DNA of 64,000 bases from the IMG/VR virus record IMGVR_UViG_3300027974_000031, positions 11,060-75,059 of that record; one strand, written 5' to 3'. A program made the translations under genes and the position numbers. The notes beneath the pieces were generated by a model that was not told where the DNA came from, searched no databases, and was given only the letters and a program-made list of their open reading frames with translations. Source of the stretch: a virus. Lineage: Duplodnaviria > Caudoviricetes. Below, piece after piece: positions 9,908-20,358 of this stretch (position 1 is the stretch's first letter; every line of letters starts with the position of its first letter).

Positions 9908-11659
9908 TTACCCAATAGTTATTCTATCCACAAAGTTTTTATTGTTTAAGAAAGGAAATTGGAAATTTTCTAGCTTTATTGCTGTAGGAGTTTGAGAAAC
10001 TGTTACATCAAAATAAACAGGATTCCAATTAACCATTTTAATTCCTTCTAAAAGAATATTTGATATTTTGTTACGAGTATAAATCTGACTAACTCCATCA
10101 ATATTTAAAAGATCTGCATTTAATTGCTGTATATTAATCGTTCCGCCTAAAAAGTTCTTCTCTACTGAAAAATAATCAACAATAACAGATTGTATATCAC
10201 TTTTAATACTAGAATCACTACGGCGATTATTCTGTTTTTTAATTACATATATTTCTGAGTTATTAATGTCCGTTTTTGTAATAGCGTTTTCTGTTTGAAT
10301 GTAAATGTCAAATGCGATATATACAGGATCAGAAACAATAGTTTCAGAAGTTAAAACTTGCTCGTCTCTTATTGTATCAATAATAAGAGTTTTTTGAGAT
10401 GGTGTTAAGTATGAAAGTGTTGATTTAATAGTTTTTGGAACGCCAAAAATATAAACATTATTAAATGCGCAGGAATCAGAAAAATTAACTTGATTAAACA
10501 ATGCACGACTCTCATATTGCGGTTTTGTTAAACCTATATTGTAATAATATTTTAAATACGAATCAAGATACTCACTATTATTCATCACTTTAACGTCTTG
10601 AACAATATTAGAAAAATTGCTTTTTACAAAAGTTTCATATGCTTTTTTAGTTGAAACATTAAATTGTGAACGGAAAACTCCTGGTGCATTTTTTCTAATA
10701 GATAAAATACTTTCTGGTTCAGTAAAATATGTACTTGAAAATTTATTACTAAAGCTCAAATATTGTATTTGGCTGTTTGTCAGGTAAGTTTTATTTTCTT
10801 GATTTAAAATAGTTTGCAAATTATTAGAAACTAATTGAATCATTTTACGTCCAACTAATCCGCCACTTCCTATTTCTCCGTTACTGCCATTTGATACAAG
10901 ATAGTATATTAAAACACGATTACTAGTTGTTAGTTGTTTACCGTTAATGTTATCACCGAATTTTATCTCATATCTTTTGTTTTCATTGAAACGTAATTCA
11001 TAAACTTTATCTTCTGAATTATTCAAGTAAAGAGATTGAGTTTTATCCCATTTTTCCCAAACATTGTCAGTCTGAACATAAACATCAATTGTAAAATTAT
11101 CAACAAAAAGAGTATCATCTACAGTTAAGTGAACAATTTCGTTTGGAGTTCCAGCAGGAGTAAAAACCGGAAATTCCGTAAAAGTTCCTTGATATAAGGA
11201 TGCATCACTATCTATACCGTTTATTTTTTCAAGAGTTCCATTTTTTGTTTTTGTAAAAGATAAATCATCACTTAAGCTATAGTTAATTCCGCCAATAGTA
11301 ATATTAGAATATCTAGGAATATTATAAAAACCTGCATTTAAATTGTTTGCAGACATTGAGAATGAAACACTTGCAGTTTGATAACCAACTGGATTATAGT
11401 TAAGTTCTTTAACAATTCTGTTTATATTTTCGTAAACAGTTGTTTCTGAGAATTGACCATTTACAGAGTTTTGGTTAAGATAATAAAGAAGCAATGAAAA
11501 GCTCATAGCAATCGAATCATTGATTGCTGCTAAGTTAGAACCTTCGTAGTTTTGATCTGTAAAAATTCCAGTTTGATCTAATCTATCTTTTATTTTTTCT
11601 TTGATAGTTAAACCGTCAAATGCTACATATGCGTCTTTTGGTACTGGAAAATCGTTCAT
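9908..11659 (-). CDS. gp6: baseplate wedge protein, T4 gp6-like
   Basis: FTDQNYEGSNL...LLYYLN, ELNYNP, YEIKFGDNINGK, ESILSIRKNAP motifs. Confidence 0.85.
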   Translation of the reverse strand: MNDFPVPKDAYVAFDGLTIKEKIKDRLDQTGIFTDQNYEGSNLAAINDSIAMSFSLLLYYLNQNSVNGQFSETTVYENINRIVKELNYNPVGYQTASVSFSMSANNLNAGFYNIPRYSNITIGGINYSLSDDLSFTKTKNGTLEKINGIDSDASLYQGTFTEFPVFTPAGTPNEIVHLTVDDTLFVDNFTIDVYVQTDNVWEKWDKTQSLYLNNSEDKVYELRFNENKRYEIKFGDNINGKQLTTSNRVLIYYLVSNGSNGEIGSGGLVGRKMIQLVSNNLQTILNQENKTYLTNSQIQYLSFSNKFSSTYFTEPESILSIRKNAPGVFRSQFNVSTKKAYETFVKSNFSNIVQDVKVMNNSEYLDSYLKYYYNIGLTKPQYESRALFNQVNFSDSCAFNNVYIFGVPKTIKSTLSYLTPSQKTLIIDTIRDEQVLTSETIVSDPVYIAFDIYIQTENAITKTDINNSEIYVIKKQNNRRSDSSIKSDIQSVIVDYFSVEKNFLGGTINIQQLNADLLNIDGVSQIYTRNKISNILLEGIKMVNWNPVYFDVTVSQTPTAIKLENFQFPFLNNKNFVDRITIG

Positions 11660-11667
11660 AATATTAT

Positions 11668-13575
11668 TTAGTTGTTACGATAGCTTTCTTTAGCACTTTC
11701 TAAATCAAACGTATAGTTATTATGAGCGGAATCAGTATCAAATTCGCTATAATCTTCTTTAAATGTATCTAAAAGAGTATCTTTTAAAATATCTAATATT
11801 TCATCATTTGAATTAAATGTAATAATATTTTTTAAATCTTCTATATCTACAGGAACTGAAAAAATAAAATCATCTGGATATTTTCCGCTAATAATTAAAA
11901 AATTATCTTTTATATGATCTAATAAATCCGAATATATTTTATTTTCAATACCACTTCGAATTCCATCTTGATATGCATAAACTACATATTCATACATTCT
12001 TTCTATATCATAATCTATATCCTTTAAATCTATTTCTTCATTCAATGCACTTAAAAAACTATATGGTTGTTCATTAGAATAAGCACCACTTTCTAAAAGA
12101 TCATTTATAATTTGTATAATTTCCGTATTACTTTCATCAGAAAAATCTATATTACTTTTTATTTCTTTAACCACATTATTTAGATCATATCGTGATAGCA
12201 TAATTTCATTTCCTTGATCTTCACTAACATCAGTATCATATACACTTATATCACTTCCGTAGTCTACTGTACGTAAATACGAGGATATTCCATCATCATC
12301 AAATTCTTCTTTTACATCATTTAAATCTCCAATAAGAATTCCCATTTCAGGTCTTTTTTCTGAAAATGTCAAAATATCTAATATTTGATCAGCAAAATAT
12401 TCTAATTGTTCATACATTTCATTATCTTGGAAGAAATCAAATGTTAATTGATTTCGATCTTGTAAATTTTCTTTTGATATTAAAATTTCAAAAATATTTT
12501 CTTTAACAGTATTTTTAAAATCTTGTATTTCTTTTGGAATTTTAACTTCTAATTTTCTATTTTTTCTTTCTTCATTAATCCATTCCCAGACTTGGTACTG
12601 ATCTAAGTTTTCTTCTTTTGTTAAATCTAATAAACCTTGTTCCATTTCAACGGGATCAAACCTTTGTCCTTCGAGTTCACCTCTTATTTCTTCTACTTTA
12701 TCACCTCTCATTCTCACAGCCATTAGTGCAGTTGGTTTTTTATTTTTAATGTCTAGTAATAGATAAAAAGAACCATCTCCACTTAAATATGTATTTGCCA
12801 TTGTTTTTCCACTTATACACCATATATTACAAGAAAGACCCATAAGAGTTTCTACGTTTGAGTCAAAATTTTTAGGATCTTCTCTCTTACCTGGTATTTT
12901 AATCCATATCAAATCTCCTGTTGGTATACGTTTAAATCTTTCTACATTTGACAATTGTTCACTTAATGTTAATTCGTATATTTTTGTTAAACTTCTTAAA
13001 TCATAAGGATTACTTTCTATAGATTTTAAAAAGTTTCTAACAGCAGACCAGATATAAGGTTTTGGTGTTTTTTTCTTAGACGAATCTGTACTATCAAATA
13101 TAGGTTTAAGTGTAAGATATTTTTGTACTGGATTTTTTAAATTTTCATTTATTCTACTCCACCAAATCCACAAAACTGAATCTTTATCTTTATTAATAAT
13201 ATCTGTTATATATTCTTTAATAGCATCATCACCTTTTTCTTTTCTTATTCTTATTATATTCTCATAATGTTCAGGATGAGCTTGTCTTACAAGATTAACC
13301 TCTTTATCTACATCTATATTATCTCCAGAATACAAAACAGTTTTTGGATGATTTTTATCTCTTAATCTTTTAAGAATATTTGGCAATAAATTTTTAGATA
13401 TTTCATTTTCTATATCTTCTGATGTTTTAATATCTTTCCATTCTATTTCATCTCCATAACGTAAAATAAATTGAATCATAAAAGGATCATCAATTTTGTA
13501 TTTTCGTATTTTATCTTTTGGTGATATACCTTCTAAAAAAAGGCTATAAAAGGTTTTAAATCTTAGTGTTTTCAT
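11668..13575 (-). CDS. CTS-tagged protein with PcfJ-like domain and acidic C-terminus
   Basis: RFKTFYSLFLEG start; WCISG..A..YL..G.FYLL...AVR....VEEIRG. Confidence 0.6.
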   Translation of the reverse strand: MKTLRFKTFYSLFLEGISPKDKIRKYKIDDPFMIQFILRYGDEIEWKDIKTSEDIENEISKNLLPNILKRLRDKNHPKTVLYSGDNIDVDKEVNLVRQAHPEHYENIIRIRKEKGDDAIKEYITDIINKDKDSVLWIWWSRINENLKNPVQKYLTLKPIFDSTDSSKKKTPKPYIWSAVRNFLKSIESNPYDLRSLTKIYELTLSEQLSNVERFKRIPTGDLIWIKIPGKREDPKNFDSNVETLMGLSCNIWCISGKTMANTYLSGDGSFYLLLDIKNKKPTALMAVRMRGDKVEEIRGELEGQRFDPVEMEQGLLDLTKEENLDQYQVWEWINEERKNRKLEVKIPKEIQDFKNTVKENIFEILISKENLQDRNQLTFDFFQDNEMYEQLEYFADQILDILTFSEKRPEMGILIGDLNDVKEEFDDDGISSYLRTVDYGSDISVYDTDVSEDQGNEIMLSRYDLNNVVKEIKSNIDFSDESNTEIIQIINDLLESGAYSNEQPYSFLSALNEEIDLKDIDYDIERMYEYVVYAYQDGIRSGIENKIYSDLLDHIKDNFLIISGKYPDDFIFSVPVDIEDLKNIITFNSNDEILDILKDTLLDTFKEDYSEFDTDSAHNNYTFDLESAKESYRNN

Positions 13576-13588
13576 ATTATTATTTAAT

Positions 13589-14056
13589 TTACAGTTTATT
13601 TATAACTTTATCTGAATTCCAAATCACAATTTCGGACAGTTCTCCTTTATGATAATAAAAAATACAATCATAACCTTGTTTTATTGCGCGAGAACTTATT
13701 TCTTTTCCTAAGTATCCACTTTTTTCTTCTACTTTTTCAACTAAATTTTCGGCTTTTTCTCTAGGCAACCCTAATATTTCTAAAGCTTGTATACATGGAT
13801 GAATTCGCATATCATATAAAGAATGTATTTTTAATGGATTTTTAACATTTAAATATGCTTCAGAAATATTAGAACCTGGTTCACTTGCATATCTTAAAGC
13901 AATTTCTTTTTTAGGAGTAAAATATGCACCTGTTCCTAATGCACCTCTATCCATTTTTATAGGAGAGATTCCGTCCCATTTACCGCCATGATAAAAGGGA
14001 CCGTAACCTTCACTCTCGTTTTCTAAAAAAAGATTATAAAAATCCTTAAAATTCAT
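13589..14056 (-). CDS. ART-like protein, CTS-tagged
   Basis: FYHGG, GAYFTP, A.RYA, YLNVKNPL, GYDCI, EIVIW. Confidence 0.7.
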   Translation of the reverse strand: MNFKDFYNLFLENESEGYGPFYHGGKWDGISPIKMDRGALGTGAYFTPKKEIALRYASEPGSNISEAYLNVKNPLKIHSLYDMRIHPCIQALEILGLPREKAENLVEKVEEKSGYLGKEISSRAIKQGYDCIFYYHKGELSEIVIWNSDKVINKL

Positions 14057-14575
14057 TTAGTTATTTCCGCCGTTTGTTCTTGTTCCTTTTGGTTGTTTTC
14101 CTTTATTATACTCATTGTCTAAATTTTTAGTTTTTACAATGTTATTTTTCTGAACAATATCAGGATCAATTGGTTGTTGCATTACATACATTGGCTCAAC
14201 AGTCATTGATAAAATACTTGTAGGAACAGTGATAGGAGCATAATAAAGACCAGGAACTTTATGAGAAACAAGATCAGCTTCTTCGAAATTATTTGGTGCG
14301 GTTTCTGACATAAATGCAGATGTAGGCTTTACAATCTTAAGTGCAGATACATAAAGAACAGTTTTATTTTTAGACATAAGAATTAATTGATTATAGAAAG
14401 GTTCGCCTCTTTTCATAATTATTTCTTTTTTAATATCAGGATTTTTAATTGCTTTAGGACAAATAACTACAAAACTGCCACCACGAATGGATGTTGGATT
14501 GTAGTGTTCTAATACAGGTTGAAAAATATTTTCTGGATTGTATTTTTCTAAAAGCTTTTGGGTTTTACTATTCAT
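14057..14575 (-). CDS. hypothetical late protein
   Basis: ORF with TAAATA upstream. Confidence 0.6.
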   Translation of the reverse strand: MNSKTQKLLEKYNPENIFQPVLEHYNPTSIRGGSFVVICPKAIKNPDIKKEIIMKRGEPFYNQLILMSKNKTVLYVSALKIVKPTSAFMSETAPNNFEEADLVSHKVPGLYYAPITVPTSILSMTVEPMYVMQQPIDPDIVQKNNIVKTKNLDNEYNKGKQPKGTRTNGGNN

Positions 14576-14616
14576 AATTATATTTACTTATTTTTCTTGC
14601 ATGATAAATAGATTTT

Positions 14617-15084
14617 ATGATTAATATTACAAATCTTAGCAGTAAAAATTCTGGAAGAAATTATATTTTCTCCGACTTAAACTTACAATTTTTACAAAAA
14701 CAAGTTTCAGGTAATAAAAAAAATAATGATGTATCTCCTGGAATTGATATAGTAGTAGATTATGATCGTGAAGCAATTGAAAATTCAATTTATAATATTC
14801 TTTTTCAAAAACGTTATCTTACTGAAATGGATGTTAATCTTAAAGCGTATATAGGCCAACCTATATCTGAATTTCGTGCAATTGCTATTGGTGAAACAAT
14901 TGAAAGAGCATTATTTTTATACGAAAATAGAGTATCTCTTGAAAAACTTTATATTTACCCTAACACAGATCAATCAACTTATTTTATTTCAATGATTGTG
15001 CGATTTATAAATTTTAATAATTCCTCAGTTAAATTAAATGCATCTCTTACACAAAACGGAGCTTTCACATTTATAAATAAATAA
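14617..15084 (+). CDS. gp25: baseplate wedge protein, gp25-like
   Basis: FSDLNL, D.EAIENSIYNIL, IERAL..YENRV. Confidence 0.8.
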   Translation: MINITNLSSKNSGRNYIFSDLNLQFLQKQVSGNKKNNDVSPGIDIVVDYDREAIENSIYNILFQKRYLTEMDVNLKAYIGQPISEFRAIAIGETIERALFLYENRVSLEKLYIYPNTDQSTYFISMIVRFINFNNSSVKLNASLTQNGAFTFINK

Positions 15085-15086
15085 AA

Positions 15087-16961
15087 ATGATTTCAATCAC
15101 TCCAACATTAGGAATTAAAAACTCTACGATTTTCTCTTTCGTAATATCTCCAACAGCAGAAGATGCTTTTATAAATTGGGGTGATGGTACATTTGACTAC
15201 GGTTCTTCTGTAACACACACATATTCCTCAATTGGTCTTTATAATGTGTATGGAGGTTCTTGCAGTGAAACATCAACATTTTCATTAAGTGTTTATAATG
15301 GAGAATTTTTTACTGATAAAATTTATGTTCAACGAAATGCAGTTTCTTCAATTGTTTCTTGTCCTTTTTCTTTTACAATAAATTTATCATCTTCAAAAGA
15401 AAAGAGTACTGTTATTCTTTATGCAAGCGGAAGTCAATCAGCACCTTATAGTAATAATAGAAATTTTTGGAGTCATTTAAATCCTGAGTGGGAATTTCGA
15501 TATAATAATGAACCAATATCAGAAATAGAAATTATCGGATCTCCTGTTTATTCTGGAAATAATATTCTTGGTTACACTGCAAGTTCCTCTATAGAATTTT
15601 TAGATGATATGCCAGGAAATCCCCTTCTTTTCTTTACTGTTTTAAAAACAGAAAGTGATATTCCAATAAATTCAAGAGTTTATTCTGCATTTTCACACTC
15701 TATATGCGCTATTGCTCCTGATAAATTGTTTATAACATCAGATGGAATTAATCCATTAAATGAGATTCAATGGGCAGATAAAAACATTCCATATATTATA
15801 AGTGTTGGTAGTTCAGTAAATTCTTGTACAAATATTTTACATTATCTTTCTGGTAATATTACTGCAATAAACTTTACAGGAGATTGTGTAGGATTAGAAA
15901 GTAGTCAATTCAAGTACAATGTAACAACTATTAATCTTAAAGATTCTAACTGTTTTCCAACAGGAGGTTATATTCTTTCTTCATTCTACTATCCTAGTTC
16001 TGCACTTCCACCAATAACAATAACTAATAATTTGGATTCTTGTAATAATAATTATGATAAATTAGAATTTTATAAAACACGATATACCCCACAAGGTGTT
16101 ACACTTTCTGCAAATGGAACATTTTCTTATAAAAACAACACTTATAATTTAAGTGGAATATCAAATAAGTTTGATATTTTAGCATTTGAAAATCGTCATG
16201 CCTTTTATAGAAAAGGTGAAGATTATAATGTTTATGAGATTTTAAAAACTGCATTACCTTTTGATATAGGCGCATATCCAAACTTTAACTCTTACCTATC
16301 GGCTATTGCAGGAGAAGGTGATTCTCTTGGAGTAGCATATGATAAAATAGATAATTTCTCAAAAGATCATTCTGATATAGACATTTGCACTTATGATGCT
16401 TTAATTAATAAAGCTGACATGTTTGATTCTAAAATAGATGATTTCGGTCTTCAGATGCCTGAAGAATTAAAAAGAATTTTTAATTTTTCTACAATTCCTC
16501 TTCAAAAATTAATAGGAACTCGTTGTGTATGTAATACAAATTTTGTTGCTTGCAATGGATGTATTGGTAAAAATATATGTTCTATTTGTAATTTTGATAA
16601 AAGAAGTAATCTAGGTTCACAAATATTATTAACTGATTATATAACTGCTGGTGAAACAGTTCTTTACAAAGAAATTGGTGGAGAACTTTATAATTTTTAC
16701 ACTGTTCAAAATCAAAGTTCAAATGTTTATCAACTTAAAACTCTTTCAGCAGAACCATTTTATAGTAATAATTTAAATAATTATTGTTTTTTCAAATGGG
16801 AGAAAACTCCCCAGAATAATCCTGTTCAAAGTGTTGTGAATTATAAAGACTCTAGAAATATGTTAAATCCTTCATTATCAACAAACGAAGATTGGTATGC
16901 AGATAATGGAATAGTTGAAGAGATGTTTAATTATATTTTAACTAAAAATCTTTTAAACTAA
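15087..16961 (+). CDS. virion protein with N-terminal PKD-like domain
   Basis: INWGDGT...VTHTYSSIGLYNV; Cys cluster near the C-terminus. Confidence 0.6.
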   Translation: MISITPTLGIKNSTIFSFVISPTAEDAFINWGDGTFDYGSSVTHTYSSIGLYNVYGGSCSETSTFSLSVYNGEFFTDKIYVQRNAVSSIVSCPFSFTINLSSSKEKSTVILYASGSQSAPYSNNRNFWSHLNPEWEFRYNNEPISEIEIIGSPVYSGNNILGYTASSSIEFLDDMPGNPLLFFTVLKTESDIPINSRVYSAFSHSICAIAPDKLFITSDGINPLNEIQWADKNIPYIISVGSSVNSCTNILHYLSGNITAINFTGDCVGLESSQFKYNVTTINLKDSNCFPTGGYILSSFYYPSSALPPITITNNLDSCNNNYDKLEFYKTRYTPQGVTLSANGTFSYKNNTYNLSGISNKFDILAFENRHAFYRKGEDYNVYEILKTALPFDIGAYPNFNSYLSAIAGEGDSLGVAYDKIDNFSKDHSDIDICTYDALINKADMFDSKIDDFGLQMPEELKRIFNFSTIPLQKLIGTRCVCNTNFVACNGCIGKNICSICNFDKRSNLGSQILLTDYITAGETVLYKEIGGELYNFYTVQNQSSNVYQLKTLSAEPFYSNNLNNYCFFKWEKTPQNNPVQSVVNYKDSRNMLNPSLSTNEDWYADNGIVEEMFNYILTKNLLN

Positions 16962-17053
16962 TAAATTCTTATTTCTCTAATATGGAAAATTATTTAAATA
17001 GTTATATGGAAAGCCTTTTAGATGATGCTGTTGGTAAAGTGTTTATTATGTAA
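16962..17053 (+). pseudogene. C-terminal remnant of a paralogue of 17539-18381
   Basis: YFSNMENYLNSYMESLLDDAVGKVFIM* aligns with YLSNIERELEYNIDDALNAVIGDIFVM*. Confidence 0.55.
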
Positions 17054-17055
17054 AC

Positions 17056-17472
17056 TTATTTTCCATCATTATGTACTTTATTATTTATAACATCTATTAA
17101 TTTACTTTTAAAATCATTAAATGTAAACTGAAAACCTCCATAACCTCTATATCTTTTTTCTAGTTCATATATAGTTTTTTGATAAGCATATGTTGGAAAA
17201 ATTCTCTTACCAGGAGGAAAATTAAATGACGAGATTTCATCTTGTACTATCTTTTTTAAACGTTCTACGTGTATAGGGTCATTTAAATCTGCATATTTTC
17301 TAGAATCTTTAAACTCTTTCCGTATATTATTTAATATTGCTGGATTTTTTGCATTGCGTTTTATACCGGAAATAATTTTTTCATGTTCATCGTCTTCATA
17401 TGGGTCGTTTGGATCACGAAAACTTTCCATAATCATATTATATAACTTTTCGAATTTACTATTAAATCTCAT
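17056..17472 (-). CDS. hypothetical CTS-tagged protein
   Basis: MRFNSKFEKLYNMIMES; TAAATA upstream. Confidence 0.65.
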   Translation of the reverse strand: MRFNSKFEKLYNMIMESFRDPNDPYEDDEHEKIISGIKRNAKNPAILNNIRKEFKDSRKYADLNDPIHVERLKKIVQDEISSFNFPPGKRIFPTYAYQKTIYELEKRYRGYGGFQFTFNDFKSKLIDVINNKVHNDGK

Positions 17473-17538
17473 AAATTATATTTATCTATTTTAAATTTTT
17501 TTAAAAAAATAGTTGTAAACTAATCTATAAGTAAGTTT

Positions 17539-18381
17539 ATGACTTTTAAAGATTTTTTAAACTATTTTTTATTACATGAAGATTCTATCGAAAACATAGA
17601 ATTAAAAGGTGATTGGGATTCTAGTAAACAATATGGTTGGAACAAGGTTGACACAGGAATATTAAAATCACCAAAAGGTTTAGAAAGAATAAAAACTAAA
17701 TGGAAAATAAATCAACCTGTTGATATTTATTTAGTAAAAGATAAAAATGCTCGTAAATTTGTTGAATTAGGTAAAGTATCATTTGATTTTATAAGAGATG
17801 AAATGGGTTTAGATATACTCCCAGATAGCGATCATATAACAATTATTTATACACAAAATACAGGAGCAGAAAAAATTCCTGCTACACCTTGGACTCTTGC
17901 ACACCGTTTTGGACATGCATTAGCAAGAGTAAACGGGATGGGAAGAAGTAATGATCAGTATAAATATATTGAAGAAGTTGTTGATCGTTTGTTTCAAACT
18001 ATTGCTGATGAAGTTTATAGAACAAATATTCTAAAAAGAGGATTTGTGTCACAAACAAATAGTAAAATTCGTAAAGAATTAGGTCATGCACTTGGAACAT
18101 TTAAAAGCGCAAGAGATCGTCGTTTACGTGCAGACTTTGAATTTGTAAATGAAATTATTGCTCAGTATATTATTACTGGTAAGGTAAAACTTAATCATGA
18201 TTTTCCAAGAGTTTTACCTCTTCGTTATGCTTGGGGGCAACCTTCTGGAATGTGGAGAAAACCACTTTCAGAAAAAGACAAAGCAGACTTAGATATTTAC
18301 CTTTCTAACATAGAAAGGGAATTAGAATATAATATAGACGATGCTTTAAATGCGGTAATAGGTGATATTTTTGTAATGTAA
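17539..18381 (+). CDS. CTS-tagged protein with zincin-like HRFGH motif
   Basis: TAAGTA-N5-ATG; TPWTLAHRFGHAL; downstream E..NE..AQY. Confidence 0.6.
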   Translation: MTFKDFLNYFLLHEDSIENIELKGDWDSSKQYGWNKVDTGILKSPKGLERIKTKWKINQPVDIYLVKDKNARKFVELGKVSFDFIRDEMGLDILPDSDHITIIYTQNTGAEKIPATPWTLAHRFGHALARVNGMGRSNDQYKYIEEVVDRLFQTIADEVYRTNILKRGFVSQTNSKIRKELGHALGTFKSARDRRLRADFEFVNEIIAQYIITGKVKLNHDFPRVLPLRYAWGQPSGMWRKPLSEKDKADLDIYLSNIERELEYNIDDALNAVIGDIFVM

Positions 18382-18398
18382 TATTTATAAGTATTTCT

Positions 18399-19148
18399 AT
18401 GACTCCTAAATTTAACTTATACGTAGAAAACCTATTAAGAGATGTTTTAATCGAAAGTGTTTCATTTTTTGTTGATAGTGAAAGCACTCCGAATCATGTG
18501 TATGAAGTAGCATCTCGTATTCTCTATTCACCAGAATTGAGTAAATTTTTTAATGGTTTAATTAAGAGAAAAAAAATATCTCAAGAAGAATATAAATATT
18601 TTTTAGATAATAAAAGTTTCAATTTCATAACACTTGATGGTTATGCTACTGATGAAAAAAAAGGAAATATTAATTTATATACAAGAGCAGTTCCTTCTCA
18701 AATTATTGCTGATTTAGTTTCTTTTATAAAATATTACATAGTTGAATTTAATGCAGAATTAACAGGAGAACCTTATCAAGAAAAATCAAAATCAAGAGAT
18801 TCAGATGTTATTCGATTTCCAATAAAAATGAAAGAGGAAGTTGAGAATCCTCCTGAATTAAATCTTGCAAATGCAACTGCCCGTGCATTAATCATTGATA
18901 TATTAAATTATCCTGATGAAACATTAGAAACTTATGAATCGCTTAATGCAAGAGAATTATTGATGAGAATAGAAACTATTGAAGATAATGATTATATCTT
19001 AGATAAAGGCGTAAGACCAGAAGATATAAATGGTAATAAAATTGATATTGGATTGAGTAAAGAAAGAATAAAAACACTACTAGATGCTCTTAAAAATTTA
19101 ACAGAGTATGCTATTCAAAATCACTATACATACATCAATTTATCATAA
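18399..19148 (+). CDS. hypothetical CTS-tagged protein
   Basis: TAAGTA-N5-ATG; ...VLIES. Confidence 0.65.
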   Translation: MTPKFNLYVENLLRDVLIESVSFFVDSESTPNHVYEVASRILYSPELSKFFNGLIKRKKISQEEYKYFLDNKSFNFITLDGYATDEKKGNINLYTRAVPSQIIADLVSFIKYYIVEFNAELTGEPYQEKSKSRDSDVIRFPIKMKEEVENPPELNLANATARALIIDILNYPDETLETYESLNARELLMRIETIEDNDYILDKGVRPEDINGNKIDIGLSKERIKTLLDALKNLTEYAIQNHYTYINLS

Positions 19149-19156
19149 ATACTTTT

Positions 19157-19648
19157 ATGAATTTTAAAAAATTTTATAAATTAATAATAGAATCTGTTGA
19201 AGATGAAATAATTTCTCAAAAAGGAGAATATCATTTAAGCAGTGGTACAAATTCCATGTTTTTCGGAAACGCTGGTGCAGGTGTATTAATATATTGTACA
19301 CAAACAAAACGTTTTCTTTTAGGATTACGATCAAGACTTGTTAATGAACCTGGAACATGGGGAACTTTTGGTGGTAAAATAGATAATGATGCTGATCCTA
19401 AATCTGCTGCACGTCGTGAATTAGAAGAAGAAACAGGTTATGACGGAAACATTGATTTACAACTATTTGACATTTTTCAAAGCGGAAATTTTAAATTTTA
19501 TAATTTTTTAGGAAAAGTAGAAGAAGAATTTAAACCAAGATTAGATTGGGAAAACTCAGATGCACAATGGTTTTCTCTAGACGAGTTTCCAAGAAATTTA
19601 CACTTTGGTACAAAAAGATTATTAGAAAAATTAAAAGAAATTATATGA
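19157..19648 (+). CDS. Nudix hydrolase, CTS-tagged
   Basis: Nudix box GGKIDNDADPKSAARRELEEETG. Confidence 0.9.
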   Translation: MNFKKFYKLIIESVEDEIISQKGEYHLSSGTNSMFFGNAGAGVLIYCTQTKRFLLGLRSRLVNEPGTWGTFGGKIDNDADPKSAARRELEEETGYDGNIDLQLFDIFQSGNFKFYNFLGKVEEEFKPRLDWENSDAQWFSLDEFPRNLHFGTKRLLEKLKEII

Positions 19649-20352
19649 ACTTAAGCTTTAAAAAATTTTTCTTATTAAAAGAAGATCCTGACACTGCAAA
19701 TTTTCGCATAAGAAGTAATAATTATTATGCAAATTATGCAGAACAAGAATATAATCCAATTACATTTAATGTATATAATAAAAATTTTTTAGTTTATTCA
19801 TATACTAAATTTAATTATCATAATTCTATTAGTAGAAAACTTATTGGTAGAATATTTGATCCCGTTTCGTATTACGAAACCCATCGACCATATTCTGAAT
19901 ATATTAATTTTAAAGAAAATTTTTTAAAAAATGATTTTTATTCTTCTTATTTTTCTTTTGTTAAGAATGAAACAATAAACAGAATAAAAAAAGACTTAGA
20001 AGAAGAAAATATATTTTTTATAGGAGATTTAAACAGATCTATTATACGTTCATTAGAAAAAATTCATACAGTTGAAAAATTTACAGATTCTACATTTTTT
20101 ACTGTCCGACCAGAAAATACACCAGACTTTATTCTTGGTAGAATGTTTTCAATGCCTATAAAAGAATTTCAAGACGAAACTAATGAATCTCTTATTCCAT
20201 GTTTTTCCACATGGAACAGATTAAAAGATTTAACCTCAGAAGCGGCAGAAATGATGTTAAAGTTACCACCAATTTATGATCTAGATCCAAATAAATCTAT
20301 TATTGAAAATCGAGGTCTTGAATCAAAAATGCTACGTTCTTTTATTAAATAA
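19645..20352 (+). CDS. hypothetical CTS-tagged protein
   Basis: ATGA overlap with the Nudix stop; MNLSFKKFFLLKED. Confidence 0.65.
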   Translation: MNLSFKKFFLLKEDPDTANFRIRSNNYYANYAEQEYNPITFNVYNKNFLVYSYTKFNYHNSISRKLIGRIFDPVSYYETHRPYSEYINFKENFLKNDFYSSYFSFVKNETINRIKKDLEEENIFFIGDLNRSIIRSLEKIHTVEKFTDSTFFTVRPENTPDFILGRMFSMPIKEFQDETNESLIPCFSTWNRLKDLTSEAAEMMLKLPPIYDLDPNKSIIENRGLESKMLRSFIK

Positions 20353-20358
20353 AGTTAT

